From positions 32,001 through 96,000 of IMG/VR virus record IMGVR_UViG_3300032307_000370: DNA of 64,000 nt, one strand, 5' to 3'. The notes beneath the pieces were generated by a model. The model was not told where the DNA came from. It saw only the letters and a list, made by a program, of their open reading frames with translations, and ran no database searches. A program made the position numbers and the translations under genes. Source of the DNA: a virus. Every line of letters begins with the position of its first letter. Within the stretch, counting starts at the first letter, position 1. Positions 17,101 to 27,051 of this stretch are shown here, one piece after another.

Positions 17101-19201
17101 ACCAAAAACAAAAGATGGGGTATATGAATCGGTTACTTGTAGTGAGGACATAAGTTTAACTCCTAATGGTCCCGAAAATTCAACAGCACAATGGTACTCA
17201 ATACCGGCAATGGCTTGTAGAAGAGTTCGTTTATCAAGATTAGAAGTAAATATACCAACACCAACTACGACCACAACAACTACTGATCCGGCTCAAGGAA
17301 CTGATAAAACTGATGTAGTAACTACGGATACAACAATTAATAAAGTTGATTTAATACCACCGGGGATTAAACCTGTGAGAAAACCTGATCCAATTAAAAA
17401 GCTTAAAGAAGGTATTTCTAAAAAAATATTAAGATACTTATTTAGTGAGTGTGATTATTTTGAGGTTATAAAGGAAAATAACCCTATGGTGTATGATAGT
17501 ATTAAGGAAAAGATTAAATATTTTAGTCCGGCATTTCACTCAACAACACCTGAAGGTTTAAATGCAAGATTAACATTCTTAAACCAATGTATGAGACCGG
17601 GTCAAACAATACCTGTTATTGGACCTGATGGGAGACCAAAACATAATGATGCGTTGAATACATCATTTGGGGCTCCACCTGTATTAGTTTTAAGAATTGG
17701 TGACTTCTACCACACTAAAATCATACCAAATAGTATTGGTATTACTTATGATCCGTTAGTGTTTGATATCAACCCTGAAGGTATTGGTGTGCAACCTATG
17801 ATTGCGAAAGTTTCTTTAAATTTTGATTTTATTGGTGGTAGTGGTTTAGCTGGACCTGTGGAACAATTACAAAATGCATTATCGTTTAATTATTATGCGA
17901 ATACCGAGATTTATGATGAAAGAGCAATTGCAACTGAGGATACATCAGAGAGAGACGAAAAAGTAGTTGGTAAACTTGTCCCTTCAGCGTCAGCACCTTT
18001 AACAGTTGATAACATACCTAACGAAGTTGAAAATAGAGGAGGTCAAACTGTTGGTTCGATTATAAGTACTACTGCGAATGATGATGGAACAGTTGAAACT
18101 GGTGAGATTGATTATGACAATCTTATTCGTGAATTATCAACAGGAACAAAAGAATTCTTTTCAACGATATATAATAAGTTAAAAAGTATAAAAGATGTGA
18201 GTAATTACGGAATATTACAACTTGTTAATTTAAAAAGAAAATATTTTGATGGGGACATTAGTGAATTTCAAAACGATACCCCATTAAAAATTTATGGGAA
18301 ACCTGATAATGTTGAAAATTTAGTTAAAAATCTTGTTGATCAGGCAGTAAAAGATTGTAAAGATGATTTATCACCTGTTCTTAGGGAAATTGTTGAACCC
18401 AACTCCAATTTTAATAATGCTCAACAAAGACAAATAAGAAACAAAATGGAGGAAATTTTGGGTACGAGAAACGCTGAAATAAATAATGCGGTCATCGGAC
18501 CAATAAACGAGGCGACAAGTTATCAAGAAAATTTTAACTATACGTTTAGAAAAACAGATGTTGTTATATCAAAATTTGATGGTATACTTTTAGAAACGGG
18601 AGAACCTAAAGTTTATTCTTTGACTGGTGACAGTGCGACTACTGTAACAACTAAAATATTAGATGTTTATACAAATCAAGTTGGTAAAACAATAACAGAA
18701 TTTTTAGATGTTTTATCATCGTATTATATAATGGATTATAAATTACAATATAGTGATACTCAAAATATATGGAATCTACCGGATAGTTGGTCGAAACCAT
18801 TAGGGACAACAAAAGAAGATCAAAGGTTCTACATGGTAATGTCGGATATAATGTTAGATAATAATAAATACGATACTTTCATTGGTATTTTAACTTCATT
18901 GGATAAAATAAAATCATCTGATTCTTTGAAAAAAGAATTAAGAGATAAGTTTGATGTTTATAGAAAGAAATGTGTGGAACAAAGAGCAAATGAGGATAAA
19001 GCTTTTGCGGATTATGAATCAAGTCCCGAATACCAAAAGTTCCAAAGTTTTGAAATACTACCCTTTGAGGCTAAAGTAGGTTATACTACAAGTAAAGATG
19101 CTCTTGGGTATTCAACAGGAGTAGATAGAATTAAAAATTTATATTCTAAACAGAACTTGAATAAAGATGATAAATACAATGGTAAAGTAAAATTTAATTA
19201 A
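14153..19201 (+). CDS. Baseplate/tube-initiator protein (gp48/gp54-like domains) with inserted OmpA-like domain
   Basis: FPPY.ISF.E...ASW.....LGRPEPIYTY..T.RSGSLSW tube-like motif and a second such domain (PP.LVLRIGDFY.TK..). Between them lies FYFDND...I.LQGSAS....YN..LS.RR..SV...CRRV, an OmpA C-like pattern. Confidence 0.6.
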   Translation: MPESVLSFASSSSFRDLLIARNLAPYQVQGVFTPPPGNAIYEISPLNDSNVIDSPDNLISSNQLSNNLYPLNQWGPDGGFQGKYSVGNLVPIPPNEGPYEPNDTQLDLINEFYIDAAYITNIYGPEGGYKDLVIVTDVQLASHYYLPYYDGVPTNYIPSTYSPYSILFSDNPSGDLGNLSQDSYLAKIGAVELKGYFEDRIAQELIQLTLGSANLSSLQDPFSASMLATGQQPFFTKNWKITVPENPLLAAVSFANRLTGTYFPVSFIPGDYFDDPDPVFSPQTENALNTVNNLTGGALGSVLNKFRSPSEVFIANTGNGQQSVLFKSLEYNLYRPNYDKPPLQQFTSAISNLFGVGPNGGGGYYVGSEEAEPSLITQPANQVAVNYLGVQQGTLVYGPSELGKLYEGNEGKINFGLQAESYSNGGGINGKLVWTSPKYKDNAGFKVGPGGDPKIIDGEFNEIQNSYNQSLSTDIEFRGGSILDETQRIINAADNVTGAARLKHAGNAMNQVSKVFNDGYKEMTKGSQVIAYYDSSTGEDVIGIDGIEVGREYCRVFQKDTPYLTYADLQKTDGITTSGRKFNNSVLDNTYNLNIAPLRNPGSTNIIDSKVKKYMFSLENLAWRTSDQPGYTYDDLPTCEKGPNGGRIMWFPPYDISFNEDVRASWNPTKFLGRPEPIYTYANTTRSGSLSWKIVVDTPSAMNTIIEKQLANRPSKEVDSIIDSFFAGCVKYDIYDLAAKFNTIPTSELYTYQQLLNEPRLTEEELGSIYSNIGKDKSTDIGTNGSGNPGGGDSGKPGPDNQENDTLNTDETQKVDIESIQEFIDYSFYFDNDYPEGYTTNAVTASQPYDYWYNQYLSVKGTKYITNPPEYVYTGSKKYENKSVVQKFFNDIIIGNYQTIQTDFLNKLKEIIVEKNGTVKIELQGSASAPAKINYNRNLSKRRINSVLQWFRSKTIGDKTISALEGEGKITFIENANGEEITIPKTKDGVYESVTCSEDISLTPNGPENSTAQWYSIPAMACRRVRLSRLEVNIPTPTTTTTTTDPAQGTDKTDVVTTDTTINKVDLIPPGIKPVRKPDPIKKLKEGISKKILRYLFSECDYFEVIKENNPMVYDSIKEKIKYFSPAFHSTTPEGLNARLTFLNQCMRPGQTIPVIGPDGRPKHNDALNTSFGAPPVLVLRIGDFYHTKIIPNSIGITYDPLVFDINPEGIGVQPMIAKVSLNFDFIGGSGLAGPVEQLQNALSFNYYANTEIYDERAIATEDTSERDEKVVGKLVPSASAPLTVDNIPNEVENRGGQTVGSIISTTANDDGTVETGEIDYDNLIRELSTGTKEFFSTIYNKLKSIKDVSNYGILQLVNLKRKYFDGDISEFQNDTPLKIYGKPDNVENLVKNLVDQAVKDCKDDLSPVLREIVEPNSNFNNAQQRQIRNKMEEILGTRNAEINNAVIGPINEATSYQENFNYTFRKTDVVISKFDGILLETGEPKVYSLTGDSATTVTTKILDVYTNQVGKTITEFLDVLSSYYIMDYKLQYSDTQNIWNLPDSWSKPLGTTKEDQRFYMVMSDIMLDNNKYDTFIGILTSLDKIKSSDSLKKELRDKFDVYRKKCVEQRANEDKAFADYESSPEYQKFQSFEILPFEAKVGYTTSKDALGYSTGVDRIKNLYSKQNLNKDDKYNGKVKFN

Positions 19202-19202
19202 A

Positions 19203-19526
19203 ATGCAATTACAGTATTATAATAGATATAGTCCATTCTTGGTCAACGGAGAACAAACCGTTGTTCCATATATTAATTTACCATCAAAATCATCGGACAA
19301 AAGATACATTTATAAAGTTGGTATTTCAAGGTTGGATAAAGTTTCGCAACAACATTATAACTCACCATTTTTTGGTTGGTTAATATTACAAGCAAACCCC
19401 CAATATACAGGTTTTGAGTTTAACATACCTGACGGAGCGGTATTGACTATTCCATATCCATTACTAACTTCATTACAAGATTATAAAAACGAATTGGAAA
19501 ATTATACATTCTATTATGGTAAATAA
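19203..19526 (+). CDS. Baseplate wedge LysM-type protein (T4 gp53-like)
   Basis: YKVG.SRLD.VS..HY.SP..GWLILQANP......IP.G..L.IP. Confidence 0.7.
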   Translation: MQLQYYNRYSPFLVNGEQTVVPYINLPSKSSDKRYIYKVGISRLDKVSQQHYNSPFFGWLILQANPQYTGFEFNIPDGAVLTIPYPLLTSLQDYKNELENYTFYYGK

Positions 19527-22500
19527 CGGAGAAAATATATTAGTTGAATTTGACTACCAAAACATATCAGTTATTGACCCAAACAAAGTTATTGATGAAG
19601 AAGGTAGACCAAAAGAACGTCTTATAGATCACGAAAATCTTGTGTTCTATGCGAATTTAGAATGCTCAGTTCTACCAAGAACAAAGTTAGCATTAGGTGT
19701 TCCTTTAAGTGATTCAGTTAGAACTATTTCGGTTGGTAAGATTAATTTCTTAAATCCTGGTTTTAAAAAATTTTTAGATAATGGATGGACAGACGAATTA
19801 ACGGGAAAAAACACATTAACAGGACAAGGAGTAAATCAACCAAGACAATCGGTTAGTGTTAGTCCTGACAAACCCGATGATTTTTATTTCAGTCAAAGTT
19901 TAGTTTCTAATGGTGTTCCCGGTGCTGTGGATAATGGATTATTGGGTATTACACAAATAAACTATACTTGTGGTTTAGATTTCGTACCTACGATTGATAT
20001 TACCCTTGAGGATGTTAAAGGTAGATCATTATTTGAGGGGGGTAATAGTTCTCCATATGCTGCGTTTTTCCAATTCCCATATCCATTATTTTATTTAACA
20101 ATAAAAGGATATTTGGGTAAAGCGGTTAGATTACCATTAATGTTGGAAAAATTTGGTTCATCCTTTGACCCAAGTACAGGTAATTTTAGAGTTAGATTGG
20201 AGATGAAGACATATAAGTATACGATTATGTCTCACGTTAGTTTTGGTGCAATGATGGGAACTCCATTGATGTATAAATCAATTGTCTCAACAAAACAAAC
20301 ACAACCAAATAATAGTACAAACAACTCGACATCGGTTGTTAAAACGTTTGCAAGTGAAGGTTACCAAAAAATGAAAGAATTATATTCTGAATATAAGTCC
20401 AAAGGATTAATTGATGATAACTTTCCTGAAATAACAATACAACAATTAAAATATAGGTTAGATAGATTCATTAAAAACATTATTGATAGTTTCAAAAAAA
20501 CTAATTTAAATGTCTTAAATGATTTAAATAATTATTCAACACAATTAACCGAATATGAGGGTTATGTATTTTTCTATACTCCTGATTCTTGGATGAAAAC
20601 ATATTTAGATCAAACAAATGTTTATATCCTTAAAGATAGTGGTGAGTATGTGTATCAATGGAAAAAAGAATATAGAGATGATCCGGCAAAACAAACCGCA
20701 CCATTAAATGAACTTAATGGGTTAATTAAGAAATTTAATCTTGCTTTTGCAAATAACAAAACTCTTGGTCTTAATCAACCTAATTATATACCTAATAAAA
20801 TTGACATACAAAGTTGTATTAGCAAGGCAAAGTTTGATGATATTAATATAAATAAAACATATTATATTAGAACAAACAAGGAATTACCTGGAAACCCATC
20901 TGAGGTTTCCGCGTTTACAAAAACTTTAAAAGTAGAGTTCCAAAAAAATAAAAATTTTCAATTTGATGGTAAGGGATATTTTTTGGATTTTACTAAAACA
21001 ATGCAACAAAAATATCAAACAATAAGACAGACAATTGAAGAAGAATTGACTGCTAAATTGGCGGACCAAATGAGTGATACCTCAACAGGTATTGGATTTG
21101 CACCGACTATGAGAAATATTCTTGCGGTGTTCTTTGCTCAGGGTGAAGCGTTTTTACGTTTAATGGATGATGTTCATACAAAGGCTTGGAATTTAAGAGA
21201 AGACCCATACAGAAAAGATGCTGTCTTTGGAAGCAACTCAACGGTACCAAGTGTTGATATAAAAGGAGATGGGGAACAAAATACTCCAATATATCCTTGG
21301 CCACAATTAATTGTTGAGAATACAAGAAATGATGGTGGTGAAAAATATGAATTAAAATATCCTGGTGATCCTGTATTAGCAAGTAAATTAAGAGCGTTTG
21401 TTCCTGAAATATGGCCTGAGGTTGAATTTGTTGAAGAGTTTATTAAAGGTTATACAGAAAGAGAATTACCAATACCTGATCCTGAATATACAAATAATGG
21501 GTTAACGAGACCAAATAGGTTTAGTTTCAATGCAATTGAGTTCCCAATTACTAATCAAGTTTTTCAAAATACTGAAGAGGTTAAATTTTTCTATGAGATA
21601 TATGAAAGATTAATGTTGAATTCGTTCTATAGTTTAATAAGTAGAGATTCCTCAAAAATATATAATATGAGTTTTTATTCTGCTGAGGCTGAGGTTACGG
21701 ATATCATACAAGCTTTAGGTGATGATAATCCATTCTTAACAAAAAAATTAAAAGAGTATAATATTAATTCACAAGTTTATTTAGGTTTCTTGAGACACAT
21801 CTCCAATCAAGGGGAGGGTCAATCATGGCAAAATTTTATTAGAGGTGAGTTTAATACGACATATATCAAAAATGAAACATTAAACCCGTTTGAACTTTTA
21901 GACGGTAAAATATTGGGTAATGAAGTATCTCAACCAAATGTTGGTTTGGAGAATAGCGAATTAGTTGAAAAATATATTGGGATTGATAATGTTCCTGAAA
22001 AATATGACATATGTGATTTATATCCATTAACTAATTTGAATTGGGATAAAAATTACTTGGCAAATGGGTCAATATTACAAAATCCAGAATCAACATATAA
22101 AACTTCGGATGTATTAAAATATAACCTCAACAATAAATCAATTGTTAATTTTAATGAGGATCAAGTTATAAAACCAATAACCAATTTAAATTATATTGAT
22201 AGTGTTTTTAATCAAACAGTTGTAAATGACGACCTTAAATTATTTTATCAAAATAGACAAATAAAGAATCAGTTCATAACCGAGGGGAATATATTTTATG
22301 GGAATTATAATAACAACTTAATTTCTGATCAAACAACATCTATGTTGAATACCCCCTATTTCATAAACGCAATACAAAAAGGGGTTTATAATTTTAGGTA
22401 TAATAGCGGTGATCTTTCCCCATATAAATTGGCGGCGTATTTGTTCTTGAATAGTTTACCGTTGGCAACATTAAAAGAAAGATATAAATTAGTTGATGAC

Positions 22501-25500
22501 ACGAATAACACAACCAATGAGTTAAGTTATATTATGTCTACAATTAAAAAATTCGGTGCAATTCACAAATTACCATACGCTTGGGTTTTGAAATATGGAT
22601 CCCTTTGGCATAGATATAAAACTTGGGTTGATACCGGAAATGATATGTTATCTGATGTTTGGCAAGATTTTAACTATTCATACAATTATGATCCTGTTAA
22701 TAGTGCCACAACAAAAGTTTATAATGTAACACTAAATGGTACGACTCAAGATATTGTATTAGAAGATAATGTAAGTACGACTGTTGGTGTAAACACATTT
22801 ACCAAAACAATCATTAATAATGGATTTTATCCTAAAACATTAGACGACTTTAACGTCTTTTATCAAGGGAGACAATTATTTGAAACAAACGTTCAGATAA
22901 TTGGTACGTGTGCGGTTGTTAACGACAATCAATTAGAAGTGTTAACGGTAAACTCAAATGAGATTATTGACGGTATGGTAATTTCTGGTTCAGGATTACA
23001 ATACAATACCACAATAGTTTCTCAAGTTAGTGGAACAACGGGGGGTGTTGGTAGATATAACATTACACCTAATCAATTACCAAATGGTACTACAGTTGTT
23101 CCTAATGTTTTAGGACCAACAATTAACTTTTTTGTAACAAATCCAAATTCAATTGGTTACACAAGTGCGGAAATACAATTGGCGTTAAATACTAAACTTA
23201 ATATGGTTAAAACCACTAAATCATTAATAAATGAACCAAATGGTTTTGATCCTGTTGCTAATGGTAGGTCATTAAATTTAACTCCTTGGTCTTGTTATGT
23301 AAAAACACCTGATGAAACGTTTATTTATCCATTACCATCATTTGGGGGATTAATAAATCAAACCAAAGGCGAATGTTTTAATTCAAATGGTACAATTAAA
23401 ACTGAGGTTCTTGGTAATTCGGCAATGTATAATGGTTCGGTAAGATTATTTTGGAAAGCACCTAATTATGGTTACTATGATAATAGTAAAGTTGTATCTC
23501 CTGAACCTGATAGTTATTTAAAACAAATTTTTAATAGTGGTACAACACAAGAAAACTTCTCAATAAATTCTAATGTTAATGATTATTCTAAATTAGATGA
23601 AATGTTTACAACTTTTGATAAAGATGCGTTAGATATTTTAGAGATTGAGTTTTTAAATTTTAGTAGATCTGTATATGATTATGATAGTATCATTACATCT
23701 ATAAGTGAAAATGAAACTGAGAGTGAAAAATCATATAAAAATTTCCAAATGTTAATGAGAATGATGATGAAGGTAACTAAACCTACATCAACTGTGGATG
23801 ATACAATTGTTGAGGAAATCCAAAACGCTCAGATTGAATCATTTAAAACATATCTTTCTGGTTTTATGGATTACGAGGTTATTATGAAATATGGTAATCC
23901 ATCCAACTTTAATAAAAAATTGTTCTACACATTTTCAAATAAATATATACAGGATCCATACACATACCAAGGTTATAAGCAATCATCACCAAATACATTA
24001 CCAAAAGGAACATTAAGTCCGGTAACATTAGCCCAATCAAAAGCAAGTAATCCACAAACATGGAAGGCGTTGGAAACTTATGTCGGGTTTTCTGAAATCC
24101 CTCAATTACAATATAAAAATACGGGATCATATATTACTGACTTTTTTATAGATTTAGATGTTCAGTTTAATGAGAAAAATGTTATTGATTTTGCGCCAAT
24201 TATAAAAATATATGCGACTCAAAAATTAAATAACCCTAATATTACTAAAAGTCAGTTTTATTCTTTAATGAATGATTATTTGAATAAAAATGAAGATTAT
24301 ATTGATACTGTTCTTGATTTGGAATTAACAAGATTGAGAAATAAATTGCCAAATGTTATTGTAACGCCTGATAGAACAAATGTTAAATCCGATTTACAGG
24401 GTGAACAAAGTAGATATGAACTTTGGGACACATTCAAATCAATAAATGATAAATTTATTTCGGGTAATGATTATAAAACAAAAACATTATTTGAGGATAT
24501 ATTATTATTTGATAGAGCAAGCAGAGATGTTGGACAGAGAATATATGCTGATATTTTTAAAGTAAAAGATTTAATAGAATACGCAAAATATAGTAATAGT
24601 ATGTTAGATATGGTTACGACCATATTAACTGAAAATAATTTTACCTATTTTACATTACCGGCGTACGCTAATTTTTATAACGTACAAGACGCAAGTAAAA
24701 ACCCAACCCCAAACCCTGAAGGTACTTTAGAATTTGCAAATTCATTGTTCGGGACATTTTTAAGTTTGGATTATAGAGATACTACCTCAAAGTTTTTATG
24801 TTTATATGCAAATAAACCTAGTGAACATTTAGCGTTAAATGATAACGTTGATTATCGTTTTAGAGATGATGCTTTTGATTTGAGACGAGCAAGTGATAAC
24901 CCACTACTTGATAATTTAAATGGTAAAACTGATTGGGATAAGTCGAATAAAGTTGTTGGGTTTAATGTTGATATAGGACCCCAAAACCAACAAATATTCA
25001 AGCAGTTTGATATTTCTCAAGATCCTGGTTCACCAACAACAGAATCTTTAGAGGTTTTAAACCAAATGGCTAATTTGAATCGTAATAGAAGTGAATCAAC
25101 TCAAAGTGTTTCATTATATAATCTTTATAGAAATAGAAGTTATAAATGTAATATTGATATGTTGGGTAATGCTATGATACAACCTATGATGTATTTTAAT
25201 TTAAGAAATGTTCCAATGTTTAGTGGTCCATATATGATAATGAAAGTATCTCATAGAATAAGTGAAAATGGATTTGATACTGAGTTTGAGGGTCAAAGAC
25301 AACCATTCTATAGTATTCCGGCTATTGATAAATTTTTACAATCTTTAAATACTAAAATTTTAGAAACAATTAAAGAACAAATTCAAAAAGAGGAATCGGC
25401 ATTAATTGAATCTGAGGGTAATATACTACAGGAACAAAGTGATATTGTTAATAATGCAAATAATGGTAATGGAACCTTAACGTCTAATCAAAATTGTTCG

Positions 25501-26061
25501 GATAAATTAAATAGTGCTTACAGTAGTTACACTAATGAAACACCGGTTAAAACAACATTAACATTAACTAAGGCGATTGATATAATAAAAACAGAAATGA
25601 GTGCGGCGAACATTACAACAGATAATCAAACAATAATGTTAGCGTTTATATTCTCAATTATGTATATTGACTCATATAAATCCGGTAAGTTTGAATCTTA
25701 TGGTCACAATTATGGATCAATAAGATTGGATGTATCTTATGGTGGTTCAGCCGCATTAATGGGTAACACTTATTATTGTGTTAATCAAGGAACGACTCAA
25801 AATATACCTCTTGTTAATTTTGATACCGACAATTCATTTGTAAGATTTGTTATTTCTAAATTTAAAGAGAAAGTACCGTATATAAAAAATCAACCATTAT
25901 CTACAGAAAATGAACAAATAAAGGCATTATCAAAAGCATTTATTTTACGTTGGCCGGTAAATCAACCTGATAATGTTTATGATAAAATGACGGAACAAGA
26001 TAAAAAAACAATTGAAAATAAATTCAGAGAGGCATTTGATATTGTTAAAACAATAAAGTAA
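19516..26061 (+). CDS. Large baseplate hub protein (gp27/gpD-like), 2181 aa
   Basis: C-terminal SYKC.IDMLGNAMIQP.MYF.L.NVPMFSGPY.I.KVSH.I...GF.T.FEG hub motif; follows the LysM gene. Confidence 0.6.
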   Translation: MVNNGENILVEFDYQNISVIDPNKVIDEEGRPKERLIDHENLVFYANLECSVLPRTKLALGVPLSDSVRTISVGKINFLNPGFKKFLDNGWTDELTGKNTLTGQGVNQPRQSVSVSPDKPDDFYFSQSLVSNGVPGAVDNGLLGITQINYTCGLDFVPTIDITLEDVKGRSLFEGGNSSPYAAFFQFPYPLFYLTIKGYLGKAVRLPLMLEKFGSSFDPSTGNFRVRLEMKTYKYTIMSHVSFGAMMGTPLMYKSIVSTKQTQPNNSTNNSTSVVKTFASEGYQKMKELYSEYKSKGLIDDNFPEITIQQLKYRLDRFIKNIIDSFKKTNLNVLNDLNNYSTQLTEYEGYVFFYTPDSWMKTYLDQTNVYILKDSGEYVYQWKKEYRDDPAKQTAPLNELNGLIKKFNLAFANNKTLGLNQPNYIPNKIDIQSCISKAKFDDININKTYYIRTNKELPGNPSEVSAFTKTLKVEFQKNKNFQFDGKGYFLDFTKTMQQKYQTIRQTIEEELTAKLADQMSDTSTGIGFAPTMRNILAVFFAQGEAFLRLMDDVHTKAWNLREDPYRKDAVFGSNSTVPSVDIKGDGEQNTPIYPWPQLIVENTRNDGGEKYELKYPGDPVLASKLRAFVPEIWPEVEFVEEFIKGYTERELPIPDPEYTNNGLTRPNRFSFNAIEFPITNQVFQNTEEVKFFYEIYERLMLNSFYSLISRDSSKIYNMSFYSAEAEVTDIIQALGDDNPFLTKKLKEYNINSQVYLGFLRHISNQGEGQSWQNFIRGEFNTTYIKNETLNPFELLDGKILGNEVSQPNVGLENSELVEKYIGIDNVPEKYDICDLYPLTNLNWDKNYLANGSILQNPESTYKTSDVLKYNLNNKSIVNFNEDQVIKPITNLNYIDSVFNQTVVNDDLKLFYQNRQIKNQFITEGNIFYGNYNNNLISDQTTSMLNTPYFINAIQKGVYNFRYNSGDLSPYKLAAYLFLNSLPLATLKERYKLVDDTNNTTNELSYIMSTIKKFGAIHKLPYAWVLKYGSLWHRYKTWVDTGNDMLSDVWQDFNYSYNYDPVNSATTKVYNVTLNGTTQDIVLEDNVSTTVGVNTFTKTIINNGFYPKTLDDFNVFYQGRQLFETNVQIIGTCAVVNDNQLEVLTVNSNEIIDGMVISGSGLQYNTTIVSQVSGTTGGVGRYNITPNQLPNGTTVVPNVLGPTINFFVTNPNSIGYTSAEIQLALNTKLNMVKTTKSLINEPNGFDPVANGRSLNLTPWSCYVKTPDETFIYPLPSFGGLINQTKGECFNSNGTIKTEVLGNSAMYNGSVRLFWKAPNYGYYDNSKVVSPEPDSYLKQIFNSGTTQENFSINSNVNDYSKLDEMFTTFDKDALDILEIEFLNFSRSVYDYDSIITSISENETESEKSYKNFQMLMRMMMKVTKPTSTVDDTIVEEIQNAQIESFKTYLSGFMDYEVIMKYGNPSNFNKKLFYTFSNKYIQDPYTYQGYKQSSPNTLPKGTLSPVTLAQSKASNPQTWKALETYVGFSEIPQLQYKNTGSYITDFFIDLDVQFNEKNVIDFAPIIKIYATQKLNNPNITKSQFYSLMNDYLNKNEDYIDTVLDLELTRLRNKLPNVIVTPDRTNVKSDLQGEQSRYELWDTFKSINDKFISGNDYKTKTLFEDILLFDRASRDVGQRIYADIFKVKDLIEYAKYSNSMLDMVTTILTENNFTYFTLPAYANFYNVQDASKNPTPNPEGTLEFANSLFGTFLSLDYRDTTSKFLCLYANKPSEHLALNDNVDYRFRDDAFDLRRASDNPLLDNLNGKTDWDKSNKVVGFNVDIGPQNQQIFKQFDISQDPGSPTTESLEVLNQMANLNRNRSESTQSVSLYNLYRNRSYKCNIDMLGNAMIQPMMYFNLRNVPMFSGPYMIMKVSHRISENGFDTEFEGQRQPFYSIPAIDKFLQSLNTKILETIKEQIQKEESALIESEGNILQEQSDIVNNANNGNGTLTSNQNCSDKLNSAYSSYTNETPVKTTLTLTKAIDIIKTEMSAANITTDNQTIMLAFIFSIMYIDSYKSGKFESYGHNYGSIRLDVSYGGSAALMGNTYYCVNQGTTQNIPLVNFDTDNSFVRFVISKFKEKVPYIKNQPLSTENEQIKALSKAFILRWPVNQPDNVYDKMTEQDKKTIENKFREAFDIVKTIK

Positions 26062-26087
26062 AATAATGTTTTTTTCTATTTGTTAGA

Positions 26088-26095
26088 TATTTATA
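26088..26095 (+). promoter_or_regulatory. TATTTATA motif
   Basis: 11 nt before the likely ATG at 26107. Confidence 0.55.
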
Positions 26096-26106
26096 ATAAA
26101 AAAACT

Positions 26107-26331
26107 ATGAGCACAAAATTAATTTTAGACAACTATCTTGGAAAGAATACAAGAATGTCAGAAAAAGATGCGGGTAACGGATTCAAAGAAGTATGTGATT
26201 TAGATACTGGTGATTGTTACACAATAAGAATGAAAGATGGTTTAATTGAACGTGTGGATAATACAATGAATACACATAAAAAAATCCAAGTTGAAACTAA
26301 ATCGGGGATTAAACAATTATTAAACGGTTAA
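26107..26331 (+). CDS. Small hypothetical protein (74 aa)
   Basis: In-frame ATG after the TATTTATA motif (track start 26080 lies upstream of it); abuts the next gene. Confidence 0.7.
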   Translation: MSTKLILDNYLGKNTRMSEKDAGNGFKEVCDLDTGDCYTIRMKDGLIERVDNTMNTHKKIQVETKSGIKQLLNG

Positions 26332-26332
26332 G

Positions 26333-26944
26333 ATGGCGATAGATAAAAAAATTTTAGAAGAAATCAAAAGACATAATAGTATTAATAATTATATTATGGA
26401 ACAAGGTGAATTACCACCACCTCCAGCAGAAGCCGCTCCGGCACCTGTTGATGCTGGCGCTGCGGTTCCCCCACCACCTCCGGCACCTGCCGAACCAACA
26501 CCCCAACCTGTGGATATTGAAAATGATCCTGATGTTGAAGAAGTTGGTAATGAAACTGAGGAGTTAGATATTACAGATTTAGTTGACACACAAAAAACAT
26601 TTGCGGATAAGCAAGAAGAATATTTTAACAATCTTTTTGATCAATTAAAAAATCTTGAAACTAAATTAGGTGAGATGGATAACTTAGTTAATACTGTTAA
26701 TAGTTTAGAAACTAAAATTGAAAAAATGAGACCTAAAACACCTGAAGAAAAATTAGAATTGAGAAGTTTAGATTCAGGTCCATTTAATCAAAAATTAAGT
26801 CAATTTTTTGACGATAAAATGGATGATATGGAAAAAACAGGAAAAAATGAATACGTATTAACTAGCGATGAAGTTGAGGAATTTTCCCCAAGTGAAATTA
26901 AAGGAAGCTTTAGTGAATACGAAAACGAAGACGAAATGATGTGA
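26333..26944 (+). CDS. Acidic Pro-rich/coiled-coil protein, candidate scaffold or internal head protein
   Basis: ILEEIKR...YIMEQ N-terminus, poly-Pro/Ala linker, heptad-like LKNLETKLGEMDNLVNTVNSLETKI. Confidence 0.7.
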   Translation: MAIDKKILEEIKRHNSINNYIMEQGELPPPPAEAAPAPVDAGAAVPPPPPAPAEPTPQPVDIENDPDVEEVGNETEELDITDLVDTQKTFADKQEEYFNNLFDQLKNLETKLGEMDNLVNTVNSLETKIEKMRPKTPEEKLELRSLDSGPFNQKLSQFFDDKMDDMEKTGKNEYVLTSDEVEEFSPSEIKGSFSEYENEDEMM

Positions 26945-26948
26945 TGTG

Positions 26949-26979
26949 TGAGGTGTTGAAAGACACCTCATCTTTTTTT
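26949..26979 (+). terminator. Rho-independent terminator
   Basis: TGAGGTGT-tgaaag-ACACCTCA then TCTTTTTTT. Confidence 0.75.
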
Positions 26980-26990
26980 AATATACCTTA

Positions 26991-27021
26991 TTGACTACTA
27001 CTTTTATTTAACTTATACTTA
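26991..27021 (+). promoter_or_regulatory. Host-sigma-type promoter upstream of gp32
   Basis: TTGACT-N17-TATACT (26991-26996, 27014-27019); also fits a TTG-N20-TAnnTT geometry. Confidence 0.65.
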
Positions 27022-27051
27022 CACTGTAAACTTTTAATTAATATATATAAT

